Shown: positions 39,634 through 52,859 of the stretch, one piece after another | Numbering within the stretch: position 1 is the stretch's first letter | Layout of the letters: every line of letters starts with the position of its first letter | From: Basidiobolus meristosporus CBS 931.73 | Taxonomy: Eukaryota; Fungi; Basidiobolomycota | NCBI GenBank assembly: GCA_002104905.1 | Contig: MCFE01000061.1 | Location: 1 to 64,000 of the forward strand | Direction of reading: 5' to 3' | Length of the DNA stretch: 64,000 bases | Position numbers and translations under genes: made by a program | Notes under the pieces: generated by a model | Told to the model about the DNA's origin: nothing | Database searches by the model: none | What the model saw: the letters and a program-made list of their open reading frames with translations, nothing else

Positions 39634-41795
39634 AAGTTATTTTCTATAGCTTCACATATGAAATGATGTCTAATATCTATGTGCTTGGTTCTAGCATGAA
39701 AAGTTGGATTCCTTGATTATCTTGAAATAAAGTAATAGGCATTTTTTGACATTGGCCTAAATCTGTAAACAGCTTTCTTAACCACATTGCTTCTTCTGTA
39801 GCTTCACAGGCTGCCATGTACTCTGCCTCTGTGGTAGAAAGTGCTACAGTTGGTTGCTTTCCTGAACTCCATGAAATTGCTCCTTTACAGTAAAGAAAGG
39901 TGTATCCTGTTGTGGATCTTCTTTCTTCTAAATTTTGTCCCCAATCAGCACCAGAGTATCCCACAAGATCCTGTTCTGAATCCTTATAAGTGTATCTTAA
40001 GCAGATATCAGCAGCTCCTTTTAGGTATCTAAAAATCTGCTTGACTGCTGCAATATGATCAGATCCATAGTTTGGATTATGTTGGTTGACAACTCCCACT
40101 GAATATAAGATATCTGGATGTGTTCCAAGCATAATATACATCAGACTGCCAACCATAGATTGATAAGGAAAGTCAGGGCTTTCAGATGGCAACAATCTCT
40201 TGATTTGGTTGAGTTTTGACCAAGTTAAGGTTTGTCTCCATTGGGGTAGCTGCTGGTTTACAGTCTTCCATTTTGTACTTCTTTAGTATATCTTGAATAT
40301 ACTTGGACTGGCTTAGGGTATAGTCTGGGTACTTCTGTCTATGGAGAACTTAGTCCCTAAGTAGTAACTAAGTTCTCCTAGATCAGACATCTTGAACTCC
40401 TTAGATAGGCTGGATTTAGTCACTTCCAATGTTTCTAGGTTATGGGTGGCTATAATAAGATCATCCACATATAGAGCTAATAGATCTGGATTTACTCTAT
40501 CTGGCTTATAGTATATACTATAGTCAGCATTACTCCTTTTGAAACTCAAAGATTCCAAATAAGAATCTATCTTGCAATTCTAGGCTCTTGGTGATTGTTT
40601 GAGACCATATAGTGACTTTTTAAGCTTGCAGACCTGATGGGGGTTATCTTGGTCAACAAACCCATCCAGCTCATCCATATACATGTCCTCATCAAGTTCT
40701 CCATTCAAAATGCAGTTTTTACATCCATTTGATGAATAAAAAACTTATATTTGGCTGCAATAGCCAATATTAATCTGATGGAATTAAACTTGGCTACCAG
40801 TGCAAGGGTCTCAGTGTAGTCAAGTCCTTTTGTGTGAGAGTATCCTTTGGCCACAAGTCTTGCTTTGTATCTTACAATTGTACCATCAGCCTTGTATTTT
40901 GTCTTGAAGACCCATCTGCATCCTATTGATTTTTGGTTGATTGGTAATTTGACTAAGTCCCAATTTTGATTTTCCATCAGGGCTTGATATTCCTCAGTCA
41001 TTGCAGATCTCTAAAACTTTGTCTGAGGGCTATTTATGGCCTCTTTTACAGTCTGGGGTTCATCAATATGGACTGAATAGGCATAGGCTAAGCTTGTAGC
41101 CTCATGGATATAGTAATTTGGACTATTTCTTATCCAATTGGATCTCCAGGCATTTGATACTGGATGATCACTTCTGGGATATTCCTGGGCACAGATTCTG
41201 GCTGAACCACGGTTGTAGAGTCCTCTGGAGTGAAAAAACCTTCATTGTTTTGCTCTGATTCAATCCTGACAACTGGTGGACTTGAGACCAAATTTTTGTA
41301 ATCATCTGATGTTGTTTTTTGTGAAAATTTTGAATTTTCATCAAACAACACATCCCTGGACTTGATCAGCTTCTTTGCTTTGGTATTGTAGAGTCTGTAT
41401 GCCTTACTCTCATTGAAGTAGCTCAAAAATATGCATTTTACACTTTTTGGCTCAAATTTTGACTGATTTCTGGCCAGTTTTTTTGCATATGCTCTACACC
41501 CAAATATTCTTGGATGTTCTGCACTTGGTATGCATCCATACCATGCTTCAAATGGAGTAGAATCACAAAGTATTCTGTTATAGCTCCTATTTTTAAGGTA
41601 TACAGCAATGGCAACTGATTCCACCCAAAAATCATAGCATAATTTTTGATCATGGATCATACATCTTGCCATATCAATTATTGATCTGTTAATACATTCT
41701 GCTACTCCATTTTGCTGTGGGGAGTATGGTACAGTAGTCTCTTGCTTTATCCCATGAATTTTGCAGAAGTGGATGAAGAGTTTTGAGGCATATTC

Positions 41796-42998
41796 TGTGG
41801 TAATGGAAAGTATTCCATTACTACAATATCTCTAAAACCAATATTGCACTCATTTCTTTATTTTGCTTTTTGCTATTCTAACATGCAAGTGAAAGTTCAA
41901 GAATTTCCAACTCTAAAGAACAAATGCTCCAGACCCTGACAAGCAATCTACCCAAGAATATTATGTCATACAGAACACGTAGTAGCCAACACATGTTTCA
42001 AATTACAGCTCATTTGAAGCAGTACTTAAGGAGTTATGACCAAAAGAGTCCAATTATTATATATACTATGCCTTATTGCTAGGATTACTATGGTACTTTG
42101 ATTGCATGTAACTTTTGAACCAGCCAATCAAATCACATGAAGTTTCCACAGGTGCTGCGCCTATGTCTGATCTGCGCCACTGCATAATTTTAGCTTTGTA
42201 CTATGTGTATTGCTTGCGCAATTGCCCAAAAACTTTGATCCTTCAAAATTTTCATATATATGACTTCCCCAGCTGAAAAATAAAGAGAGAGCCTCTCTTT
42301 CCAGAATCTCCACACTACAATTACAAGTTTAAAGGTTATAAGACTTCCCCTGCATCACTTGCACTGCTGAGTATTCTGACTTTGATCAGTACTAAATCAG
42401 TAAAGAGACTGCAAAGCTCACAAGAATCCAATCTAAGTTCTACAAGAAACTACCCCTTTTCTGTTGGAAAAGTCCCCTCTAAGAAACCCTTTACTCTAAA
42501 GACACCCCTTTAGACACCCCTTTAGTCTAAAGGCCCCTTTAGTGACCCCTTTGGAAACCCCTTTACTCTAAAGAAGCCCCTTTAGGCACCCTTTTAGTGT
42601 AAAGTCCACTTTAGAGACCACTACAAGAAGCCCCTTTACTCTAAAGACACCCCTGTAGGTCTAAAGACCCCTTTAGGTTAAAGGGGAGTCAGAGTTTCCA
42701 TATTAGGAAATATTTTCTCAGAAAGGAAAGTGACTTCCAAATAAGGAAAAGTTACTATAGAAGTAAATAAGCACATTAGTTGACAGAAGGTCAGAACACT
42801 GCTGTAGAAGTGATAAACACTGCCTACTGTATATTTTGAGCCTAAGATTGAGGAAATTAGTGAAAGTTATATCTTCTATTGGTATATCAAACTCCCAATA
42901 AGCTATTTCAGTATTAGCATACTGGAAGTTGTTGTATATTGTTGATTACCCTCTACATTGTAGAACAAGCCTCAAACTAATTATAACACAACACAACA
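41796..42998 (+). mobile_element. Solo LTR of gypsy family G1 inserted in the copia A integrase
   Basis: TG...CA, ~1.2 kb, homologous (inverted) to the LTR at 57152-58315. Splits the integrase DNGGEY motif. Imperfect 4-bp TSD ATTC/TTTC. Confidence 0.9.
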
Positions 42999-45309
42999 TT
43001 TCTCCACCATTGTCAGAGCAGATTTTCTTGATTTTCCACCAGTTTCTCTCTCCACCTTGGCTTTAAACTCCTCAAACTTAGACAGAGCTTCTTCCTTTCT
43101 CTCCACAAAGTAGACCCATGTGTATCTTGTATAATCATCAATAAAGGTGATTAAATACTTCATCCTGCCTAAGGATAATTTTGCATAGGCCCACACAGAT
43201 CTGAGTGAATTAGATCTAATTTTTTCTTAGTTTTGATTAACCCAGAGCTCTTGAACAGTTGTCTGGCTTGTTTCCCATATATGCAGGCTTCACAGTGCTC
43301 CAAATTAGCTGGGGGATCAATTTTTACTCCAGAAATTAGCTGATCTTTGATCATTTTACGCAAATAATCAAAATTGATGTGTCCAAATCTCCTATGCCAA
43401 AGCATTGGTGTTTCTTCATTTAAGTTACATATATTGGCTTCCAGATATGATGGAATATAACTCAACTTGTATAGATTCTTATCTCTGATGCCCAAAGCAA
43501 TATGGGCACCATTTTGATCAGTGATCCTGCATCCAGAATTGTCAAAGCTGAAACTGAGTCCTTCTGCTGAGGCCTTACTTACAGAGAGTAGGTTCTTGGT
43601 TATTTCTGGTACACAGAGTACTTCTTTAGAGGTCAGTGTATGGCTTCCTTCACTGCTTCTAAGGTTTACTTGAATAGTTCCTTCTCCCACTGCATCAAGT
43701 GATCTATTGTCACCCATGAAAACCTTCTTAATTGGAATTTCTTGATATTGGGTAAAAAGTATTTTTTGGTGTGTAAAGTGTTGAGAAGCTCCAGAGTCAA
43801 TATACCATGTCTGAGAATCCTTGTTTGTGGTAATATTTAGTGCTGATATGAATAGTCTATCTTCAGTTGTTGCAGCATTTCCATATTCAGGCTTCTTTTG
43901 CTGATTATCTTTCTTTTTGAGACACCAGTCTGATGTGTGTCCTTTCCTTTTGCAGTAGTTGCAAAAAAGGTTGCTGTTGCCTTTGTAGGGTCTTGTGTAC
44001 CTCTTTGTTGGTTATAATTGCTTATTAAAGCATTTTCTTCTTCCTCCTTATTGGTGCTTGATTTTCTTAATTGTTCATCCAGGAGCCTTCCATATATGTG
44101 ATTTAAGGTCAAATCCTCAGTTCTGGACTCTAGGGCTGATACAAGGCCCTGAGACTTGTCTGTCAGTCTATTCAGGATGGTAACTATCACATCCTCATCA
44201 GTAGTTGGTATGCCCACAGATTCCATCTCATCTACCAGCAGGGTGATTCTGTTAATTAGATTTTTCATTTCATCTCCTGGCAGCCTCTTTATAGTAAAGA
44301 GTTTTTGTCTCAGATACATTTTCTAAGCATCTGAACATGACTGGTAGGTGTCTTCTAATGCTTTCCAGGCATTCTTTGCCGTTTTTGCTCTTGAGCATTG
44401 AATTAGCAGTTTGTCTTTAACATTAAGGTAAATGCAGTTAAAGGCACTTTGTTCTTTCCTCTGGTACTTCAAGGCTTCCTCTCCCATGTTTTTAGGAGGG
44501 CATTCTTCCATGACAATATCCCAAAGGCCTCTTTTTTGTAGCAACATCTTCATTTTCACCTTCCACACTTAGTAGTTAGATCCATCCAACTTTTCAGCAG
44601 AGGGAACAATTCCAGTAATAGCAGTAGTGGACATTGCAGAGAGTGACAGCTTGGGGCTCATAACCTGCTGTAAGAGTCTTGGAGATATTGGAAGTGATTG
44701 GGAGGACAAGTAGATTATGTGGTTTTCACTTAATGATTTATTGAATGTAAAAGTAGTATTTATACTTTAACCTGGTCTTGACATTACAAACACATAGAAT
44801 AGGTTAAGGAAGGTCCCAAAAACATATGTGCAAAGCTTGGGGCGGCTTGGACAACTTTGAGAATTTTCATGTTCTGAGTACCTGGTATTTTGGTGAAAAT
44901 ATTCCAAGTAAATCCCGACAAGGAATTTGGTCAGCATTCTCTAGGATTTGTAGGTAATGATCTAAGTGACTAAGCTAGGTGAATATATAGGTGGAAATAC
45001 AAATTTTACAACAAGTGTAGGGTATAGGGACTTATATAGGTTGATACAATTGGCAATCAAGGTACAACTCAAGTTTCAATGGAAATAAAGCAATTTGCAT
45101 CCATAAAATAAGAGAAATGGCTGAGTCAGGAAGTAAGGAATACAAAAAGAGCCAATAGCCAACCAATGGACACAATTGAAGGAGGCAATAGAGTGTCCAG
45201 GATCAGAAAGTGAGCAAATTGGCAGGGAACTAATCAAAAGCCACTTATACATTGTTGTGATGAGAAATTTTGACCAAGTTTTTTATTATTTTTCATAGGG
45301 TGGACTCAC

Positions 45310-46421
45310 CAATGTGGCATTCATCAAGAAAAAATCAAGTTCATTACAAGAAGTACTCATTCAAGGTAGCAGTGAAGGACTTAGCAGAGATAAAGGTAAA
45401 GGTAAAGAGAAAAAGGTCTACCCAAGCCAGAGACAGGGAAGTGTAAGAAAAAAGCTGCAGTTCTCACCAATCAATGCCATTAGCCTAGAACAGGCTAAAT
45501 CCAATCATTGCCAAGAAGAATTACCAACAAGATATGAGCTGTTTTCCCAAGTGTTGGAAGTGCAGCCAGTTAAGCTACACTCCAGTGAGGTAGATGAGTT
45601 TGCAGAGAAAAGCAACTTGTCTACTACTGCCTCTACATCCTCCATTTTAGACAGAGTGAAGATCCCACTGACAGACAAAGCAACAATGTCATGAGCCCAA
45701 AACAGTATCACTATGCCTACAGTGAAATTTGAAATATTAATAGGCACACCAAGAGGTTGCAGCACTTCTTCAAGAGCAGTGTTCAAGAAAATGCACTTGA
45801 ATATTGCAAGGATTTATTGCAAAGACTGGCAGATGAGGTGCTAAACCTTGTAGTGCTGGCTGAATACCAGGATGTATGTGAACCAATGAATGAACTGTGG
45901 CACAAAGTCACACAGTACTTGCCAAAGTCATGGAAAAACGGTGTTACAGCAGAAATACATATTAAATGGTGAATTTTGATGGAGTTACTTGTTGGGTGTG
46001 GGGTGGGGCTCAATGTTGGTGTTGGGCATAGAGACTTATATAGCTCAATACAATTGGCAATTCAGGTACAGCCAGAGTTTCAACAGAAATAAATCAATTT
46101 CTATGCATGAACAGTAAGAGAACTGGTTGAGTCAGTAAGTAATGAGTGTAAAAAAGAGGCAATAGCCAATCAATGTACACAAACATAGGAGGTGATTGAG
46201 CATATAGGATCAGAAAGTGAGAGAACTAGCAGTGGACCAACTGAAAGCCACCTATGTATTGTTGTGATGAAAAATTTGACCAAGTTTTTTGTGAAATCTG
46301 GGGTGCAATTATTTCTGATGGTCTTTGCATGGTGTTCTGATGGGATCAATACCTCTTAGTTGCAGGACTTTAAATTTGTGACAGCCTTTTGACAAGATCA
46401 TCACAATTATTTCTCATAGGG
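45310..46421 (+). mobile_element. CACTA/CMC-like element, copy 2 (left-truncated), with accessory ORF remnant
   Basis: ORFs 45314-45694 and 45757-45972 are homologous to copies 1 and 3. Ends in ...AATTATTTCTCATAGGG at 46421. Confidence 0.6.
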
Positions 46422-46720
46422 TTTGTGACCATTCTCCATGCAAATCTTGCTGGGTATGTGGTGAATATTGGGCCTTGCTTCACCTTTTGGAAGTTTCCTA
46501 TGGAGCAGATGTGTGGGGAGATAGGAAGATGAGCCTAATTGCAGGTACTCCCATATCCCAATCTCATCAAGAATATTACCTTCAAGTCTGTCATGGTTGT
46601 GATGATTTGGCACACAGAGGACAGCCTGGAAGTGTTGGAAAATACCAAGGACAGATGTGCACATGGAGACACATATGCCTTTGGCATTAAGAAGCTAAGC
46701 AGCCCCAATGCATGAGTAAT
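46422..46720 (+). pseudogene. CACTA/CMC-like transposase fragment
   Basis: Nucleotide homolog of the 55.1-55.36 kb segment (GPCFTFW.FPME.MC region), frameshifted. Confidence 0.55.
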
Positions 46721-46723
46721 TAT

Positions 46724-47391
46724 TAGACCTGTTCCGTTGGATAGTGCCACATTGAGCCATGAGTGCCAAATGATGCCATACTGTGCCAGAGAGGCCAAGT
46801 GAGCCTATACTTGACCACAGAGTGTGAAACATAGATCTGCATCTTCATGCAAAGCATCTCCTGTGTTTCACCTATGATGCAGGATGTGCAAGAGCACTAA
46901 AGGATTAAAGATATACATCTGGTACTCAATGCCCATGGCACTCTGAATCTAGCTCCTGTGGCTTGTGACATGTCACAAAAGTGCATGCCACTATCTTGGT
47001 CCACTGGTACTATCCGGCACTATATTTAAATATTAGCCCTAAAGTAAGATCAATACAAAGCACTTATAGTGCCAGTCAGTACCAGTGGACCAAGATAGTG
47101 CCATGCATTTTTGTGACATGTTACAAGCCACAAGAGCTAGATTCAGAGCGCCATGGGTATTGAGAACCAGATGCATATCTTCAATCCTTTAGTGCTCTTG
47201 CACATCCTGTACAACATTGACCTAAAAAAAAAGGTCAAAAAATGGATTTTCTCCATCACAATGAGTGAAACATAGGGGCTGCTTTGCATGAAGATGCAGA
47301 TCTATGTTTCACACTCTGTGGCCCAGTGTAGGCTCACTTGGCCTCCCTGGCACACTATGGCATAATTTGGCACTATCCAACGGAACAAGTC
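46724..47391. mobile_element. Foldback (MITE-like) element, copy 1
   Basis: (TA)GACCTGTTCCGTTGGATAGTGCC...GGCACTATCCAACGGAACAAGTC. Almost the whole ~670 bp is self-complementary around a ~40-nt loop. TAT flanks both sides. Confidence 0.9.
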
Positions 47392-50300
47392 TATACCCTA
47401 TGAAAAATTATCTGGTCCTGCAGGTGGATCCAATCCAGATCAGCTGTCAAGATCCTGTCAGGAGACCACTATAATACCAGCAGCTTGAAATCAATGACTG
47501 TCTACTCAATCTTATAACAGGATCACAATGGTATTTTTCTAATCTACAGCTAAATGAAGTTGAAAAGTATAACAGTGTCTGATGGTGTTTTGTCAGAGGT
47601 GGCATGGCATTGTAGCAGTCTTAGTGCACTTTTGAAGTATTTGAGTGGATCTAACTGGCCAGTACATCCAATTACCTTATATGGCAAAATATTTGTTGGT
47701 GTTTTGATGGCCTTTTTACAAGCCTTTGATGGTAATATTATGGCAGTATGAAGGCCTACAGCTAGTTCTGTATAATGCCACCATACCAATTTACCAAATG
47801 GTATTTCCTTTTCTACCTCCTCTTGCACAATCATATATTCCACTGTAGAATTTCCCCTCTAGATTAGCTTACCCACTACCACCTTGGGTATGCCACATAT
47901 AGTTTTAATCAAAAAACTCTATGGCCTTATGTTTACTAACCCTGCAAACATGCCCACCTGACACAATTGACATACTTCTATGACATCAACTTTACAGCTT
48001 TTTAGTGTGATGCTTGCAAAGTTGCCCTTTACCTTGTATTGCTGTCAACATATATAACTTGCAAACATATGCTTGGTTGCCGCCATCTCTGCCATGAATA
48101 ACTCCTGAATATCCCCAAAGAGCTTTTTAGTATATAGCCAATATATTCCTTCCCCATGCTGGATTCTAGTCCCCCATATAAGTGTGTTCTGGCTCTTGTT
48201 TGTGTGAGTTCTGAATTGAATGGTGTAGAAATTGGCTTGTGACCAAGAGAAATCCAGCATACCTTGGTAGAGTTTTCCTTATGAAATTAGTTGCTGGTGG
48301 TGCCCAACCCAACTTTGCATTACTTAACTGATTGACCATGCATTGGGCTGCTTAGCTTCTTAATGTTTTTAAAATTTGTAATTCCACCAAAATATTTACC
48401 TAACTTATTCACTTAGACCATTAACTTTGGATCCTAGAGAATACTGACCAAATCCCATGCTGGGATTTACTTGGAATATTTTCACCAAAATACCAGGTAC
48501 CCAGAACATAAGAATTCTCAAAGTTGTCCAAACAGCCCCAATCTTTGCACACAGGCTCTTGGGACCTTCCTTAACCTATTCTACATGTTTATTTTGCTAA
48601 GACCATGTAAAAGTATAAATACTACTTTGAAATTCAAATAAAGCATTAAGTGAAAGCCATATAATCTACTTGTCCTCCCATATCACTTCCAATACATCTA
48701 AGACTCTTACAACAGGTGATGAGCCCCAAGCTGTCACTCTTGGAAATGTCTACCACTGCTATTACTAGAATTTTTCTCTCTGCTGAAAAGTTGGATAGAT
48801 CCAACTACCAAGTGTAGAAGGTTAAGATGAGGATACTATTACAAGAAAGAGGCCTTTGGGATATTGTCATGGGAGAAGAATACCCCCCTAAAAACATGGG
48901 AGAAGAAGCCTTAAAGTACCAAAAGAACAAACAAAGTGCCATCAACTGCATTTGCCTTAATGTCAAAGACAAATTGCTAATTCAATGCTTAAGAGCAAAA
49001 ACAGCAAGGAATGCCTGGAAGGCATTAGAAGACACCTACCGGTAATGTTTAGCTGCTAAGAAAATGTATCTGTGCCAAAAATTCTTTACTACAATGATGC
49101 TGCCAGTAGAAGAAATGAAAAATCAAATATACAGAATCACACTGCTGGTGGATGAAATGGAATCTGTGGGCATACAACTACTGATGAGGATGTGATAGTT
49201 ACCATCCTGAATAGCCTGACAGACAAGTTTCAGGGCCTTGTATCAGCCCTAGAGTCCAGAACTGATGATTTGACCTTAAATCACGTATATGGAAGGCTCC
49301 TGGATGAAGAATTATGAAAATCACACACCAATCAGGAGGAAGAAGAAAATGCTTTAATAAGCAATTATAACCAACAAAGGAGTTACACAAGACCCTACAA
49401 AGGCAACAGCAACCTTTTTTGCAACTACTGCAAAAGGAAAGGACACACATCAGACTGGTGTCTCCAAAAGAAAGATAATCAGCAAAAGATGCCTGAATAT
49501 GAAATGCTGCAACAACTGAAGATACACTATTCATATTTGCACTAAATATGACCACAAACAAGGATTCTCAGATGTGGTATATTGACTCTGGAGCATCTCA
49601 ACACTCTACAAACCAAAAAGAAATTTATACCCAATATCAAGAAATTCCTATTAAGAAGGTTTTCATGGGTGATGATAGTACACTTGATGCAGTGGGAGAA
49701 GGGACTATCCAAGTAAACCTTGGAAGCAGTGAAGTGGGAGAAGGAACTATTAAAGTAAACCAATGAAGCAGTGAAGGAAGCCATATCACTGACCTTTAAA
49801 GAAGTACTTTATGTTCCAGAAATAGCCAAGAACCTACTATCTGTAAGCAAGGCCACAGCAGAAGGACTCAGTTTCAGCTTTGACAGTTCTGGATGCAAGA
49901 TCCCTGATCAAAATGGTGCCCATATTGCTTGAGGTATCAGAGATCAGAATCTATACAAGTTGACTTATATACCATCATATCTGGAAGCCAATATAAGTAA
50001 CTAACATGACAAAACACCAATGCTTTGGCACAGGAGATTTGGGCAGATCAATTCTGATTATTTGCGTAAAATGATCAAAGATCAGCTAATTTCTGGAGTA
50101 AAAATTGATCCCCCAGCTACTTTGGAGCACTGTGACACCTGCATATATGGACAACAGGCCAGACAACTATTCAAGAGCTCTGGGTTAATTAAAAATAAGA
50201 AAAAATTAGACCTAATTCATTCAGATCTGTGTGGACCTATGCAAAATTTATCCTTAGGTGAGAAGAAGTTTTTAATCACTTTTAATGAGGATTATACAAG

Positions 50301-50916
50301 ATACATGTGGGTCTGCTTCATGGAGAGAAAAGAAGAAGCTCTTTCTAAGTTCAGGGAGCTTAAAGCAATGGTGGAGAGAGAAAATGGTGGAAAATCAATA
50401 AAATATGCTCTGACAATGGTGGAGAATATACCTCAAAACTATTAATCCACTTCTGCAAGATTCATGGGATAAAGCAAGAGACTACTGTACCATACTCCCC
50501 ACAGCAGAATGGATTAGCAGAATGTGGAAAAAGCTCAATAATCAAAATGGCAAGGTCTTTGATCCTTGATCAAAAATTATCCTATGATTTTTGGGCCAAG
50601 TCAGTTGCCACAGCTGTATAGCTCAAAAATAGGAGTTATAACACAATACTTTGTGATTCTACTCCATTTAAAGCATTGGATGGATGCAGGCTAAGTGTAG
50701 AACATCCAAGAATATTTGGGTCTACAACATATGCCAAGAAATTGCCCTGAAATTAGTCAAAACTTGAGCCAAAAAGTGTAAAATGCATATTTTTGGGCCA
50801 CTGCAATGAGAGTAAAGCATACAGACTCTACAATACCAAAGCAAAGAAGCTAATCAAGTCTAGGGATGTGTTGTTTGATGAAAATTCAGAATTTTCACAA
50901 AAAAGACATCAGATAA

Positions 50917-51640
50917 TAGACTTGTTCCGTTGGATAGTGCCACATTGAGCCATGAGTGCCAAATGATGCCATAGTGTGCCAGAGAGGTCAAGTGAGCCTA
51001 TACCTGGCCACAGAGTGTGAAACATAGCTCTGCATCTTCATGTAAAGCAGCCCCTGTGTTTCACCCATTGCACAGGAGAAAATCCATATTTTGACCTTTT
51101 TTTGTGGATCAATGTAGCTCAGGATGTGTAAGAGCACAGGAGAACTGAAGATATGCATCTGGTACTCAATACTTATGACACTCTGAGTCTAGCTCCTGTA
51201 GCTTGTATCATGTCACAAAAATGAATGGCACTATCTTGGTCCACTGGTACTATCTGGCACTATATTTAAATATTAGCCCTAAAGTAACATCTATACAAAG
51301 CACTTATAGTGCCAGTGGACCAAGATAGTGCCATTCATTTTTGTGACATGATACAAGCTACAGGAGCTAGATTTGGAGTGCCATGGGTATTGAGTACCAG
51401 ATGCATATCTTCAATGTGCTTGTGCTCTAACACATCCTGCACAACATTGATCCAAAAAAAAAGGTCAAAAAATGGATTTTCTCCAACACAATGGGTGAAA
51501 CACAGGGGCTGCTTTGCATGAAGATGTGGAGCTATGTTTCACACTCTGTGGCCAGGTAGAGGCTTACTTGACCTCTCTGGCACACTATGGCATCATTTGG
51601 CACTCATGGCTCAATGTGGCACTATCCAACAGAACAAGTC
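50917..51640. mobile_element. Foldback element, copy 2, inside the copia B integrase region
   Basis: Same termini and loop as copy 1, ~720 bp. TAA flanks both sides. Confidence 0.9.
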
Positions 51641-52859
51641 TAATGAGAAAATCTGATCTCAAGTTCACCAATTGTCAGGATTGAATCAGAGCAAAACAAT
51701 GAAGATTTTTTCACTTCAGAGGACTCTACTACTGTGGCACAGCCTGACACAGTGCCTAGGAATATCCCAGAAGTGATCATTCCAGTATCAGATGCCTGGA
51801 GATCCAATTGGACAAGAAATAGCCCATATGACTATGTCAATGAGGGTACAAACTTAGCCTATGCCTATTCAGTCCATATTGATGAGCCCTGGACTGTAAA
51901 ATAGGTCATAAATAGACCTCAGACAAAGTTTTGGAGATCAGCAATGACTGAGGAATATCAGGCCCGGATGGAAAATCAAACTTGGGACTTCGTCAAATTA
52001 CCAATCACCCAATAATCAATAGGATGCAGATGGGTCCTCAAGACAAAATACAAGGCTGATGGTACAGTTGAAAGATACAAAGCAAGACTTGTGGCCAAAG
52101 GATACTCTCAAACAAAAGGACTTGACTATACTGAGACCTTTGCACCACTAGCCAAGTTTAATTCCATCAGATTAATATTGACTATTGCAGCCAAGTATAA
52201 GTTTTTTATTCATCAAATGGATGTAACAACTGCATTCTTGAATGGAGAACTTAATGAGGATGCATATATGGACCAGCCTGATGGGTTTGTTGACCAAGAT
52301 AGCCCCCATTTGGTCTGCAAGCTCAAAAAGTCTCTATACAATCTTAAACAATCACCAAGAGCCTGGAATTGCAAGATAGATTGTTATTTGGAATCTTTGA
52401 GTTTCAAACGGAGTAATGCTGACTATAGTATATAATGTAAGCCAGATAGAGCAAATCCAGCTCTATGAGCTCTATATGTGGATGATCTTATTATAGCCAC
52501 CAATAACCTAGAAACATTGGAAGTGACTAAACTCAGCCTATCTACAGAGTTCAAGATATCCTATCTATGAGAACTCAGTTACTACTTGGGGATTAAGTTC
52601 TCTATAGACAGAAGTACCCAGACTATCACCCTAAACCAATCCAAGTATACTCAAGATATACTAAAGAAGGGCCAAATGGAAGATTGTAAACTGGCAGCTA
52701 TTCCAATTGAGACAAACCTTAACTTGCTCAAAACTCAACCAAATCAAGAGAGCTTGGTGCCATCTGAAAGCTCTGACTTTCCTTATCAATCAATGGTCAG
52801 CAGTCTGATACATATCATGCTTGGAGCATGTCCAGATATATCATATTCAGTGGGAGCGG

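Larger units (their letters stand above)
39051..45013 (-). mobile_element. Full-length degenerate Ty1/copia LTR retrotransposon, copy A
   Basis: LTRs 44666-45013 and 39051-39382 (TG...CA); TSD AGTGT at 39046-39050 and 45014-45018; PBS 44654-44665; PPT at 39383. Domain order gag (WKVKMKMLLQKRGLW), CCHC knuckle, protease WYIDSGASQH, LWHRRFGH, integrase LIHSDLCGP, RT CRWVFKTKY...YKARLVAKG, RNase H. Many stops and frameshifts. Confidence 0.95.
38301..45300 (+). mobile_element. Non-autonomous CACTA/CMC-like element, copy 1 (interrupted by copia A)
   Basis: Left end CCCTATGAATAACATTTCTGGTCC at 38301 and right end ...TTATTTTTCATAGGG at 45300 are inverted termini. Internal accessory-ORF remnant at 38.5-39.05 kb rejoins at 45014. 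No TSD recovered. Confidence 0.6.

Noticed and set aside
42460-42690. Regularly repeated units that could suggest a CRISPR array
   Set aside because: Eukaryotic context, no unique spacers, and located inside an LTR; it is a minisatellite.
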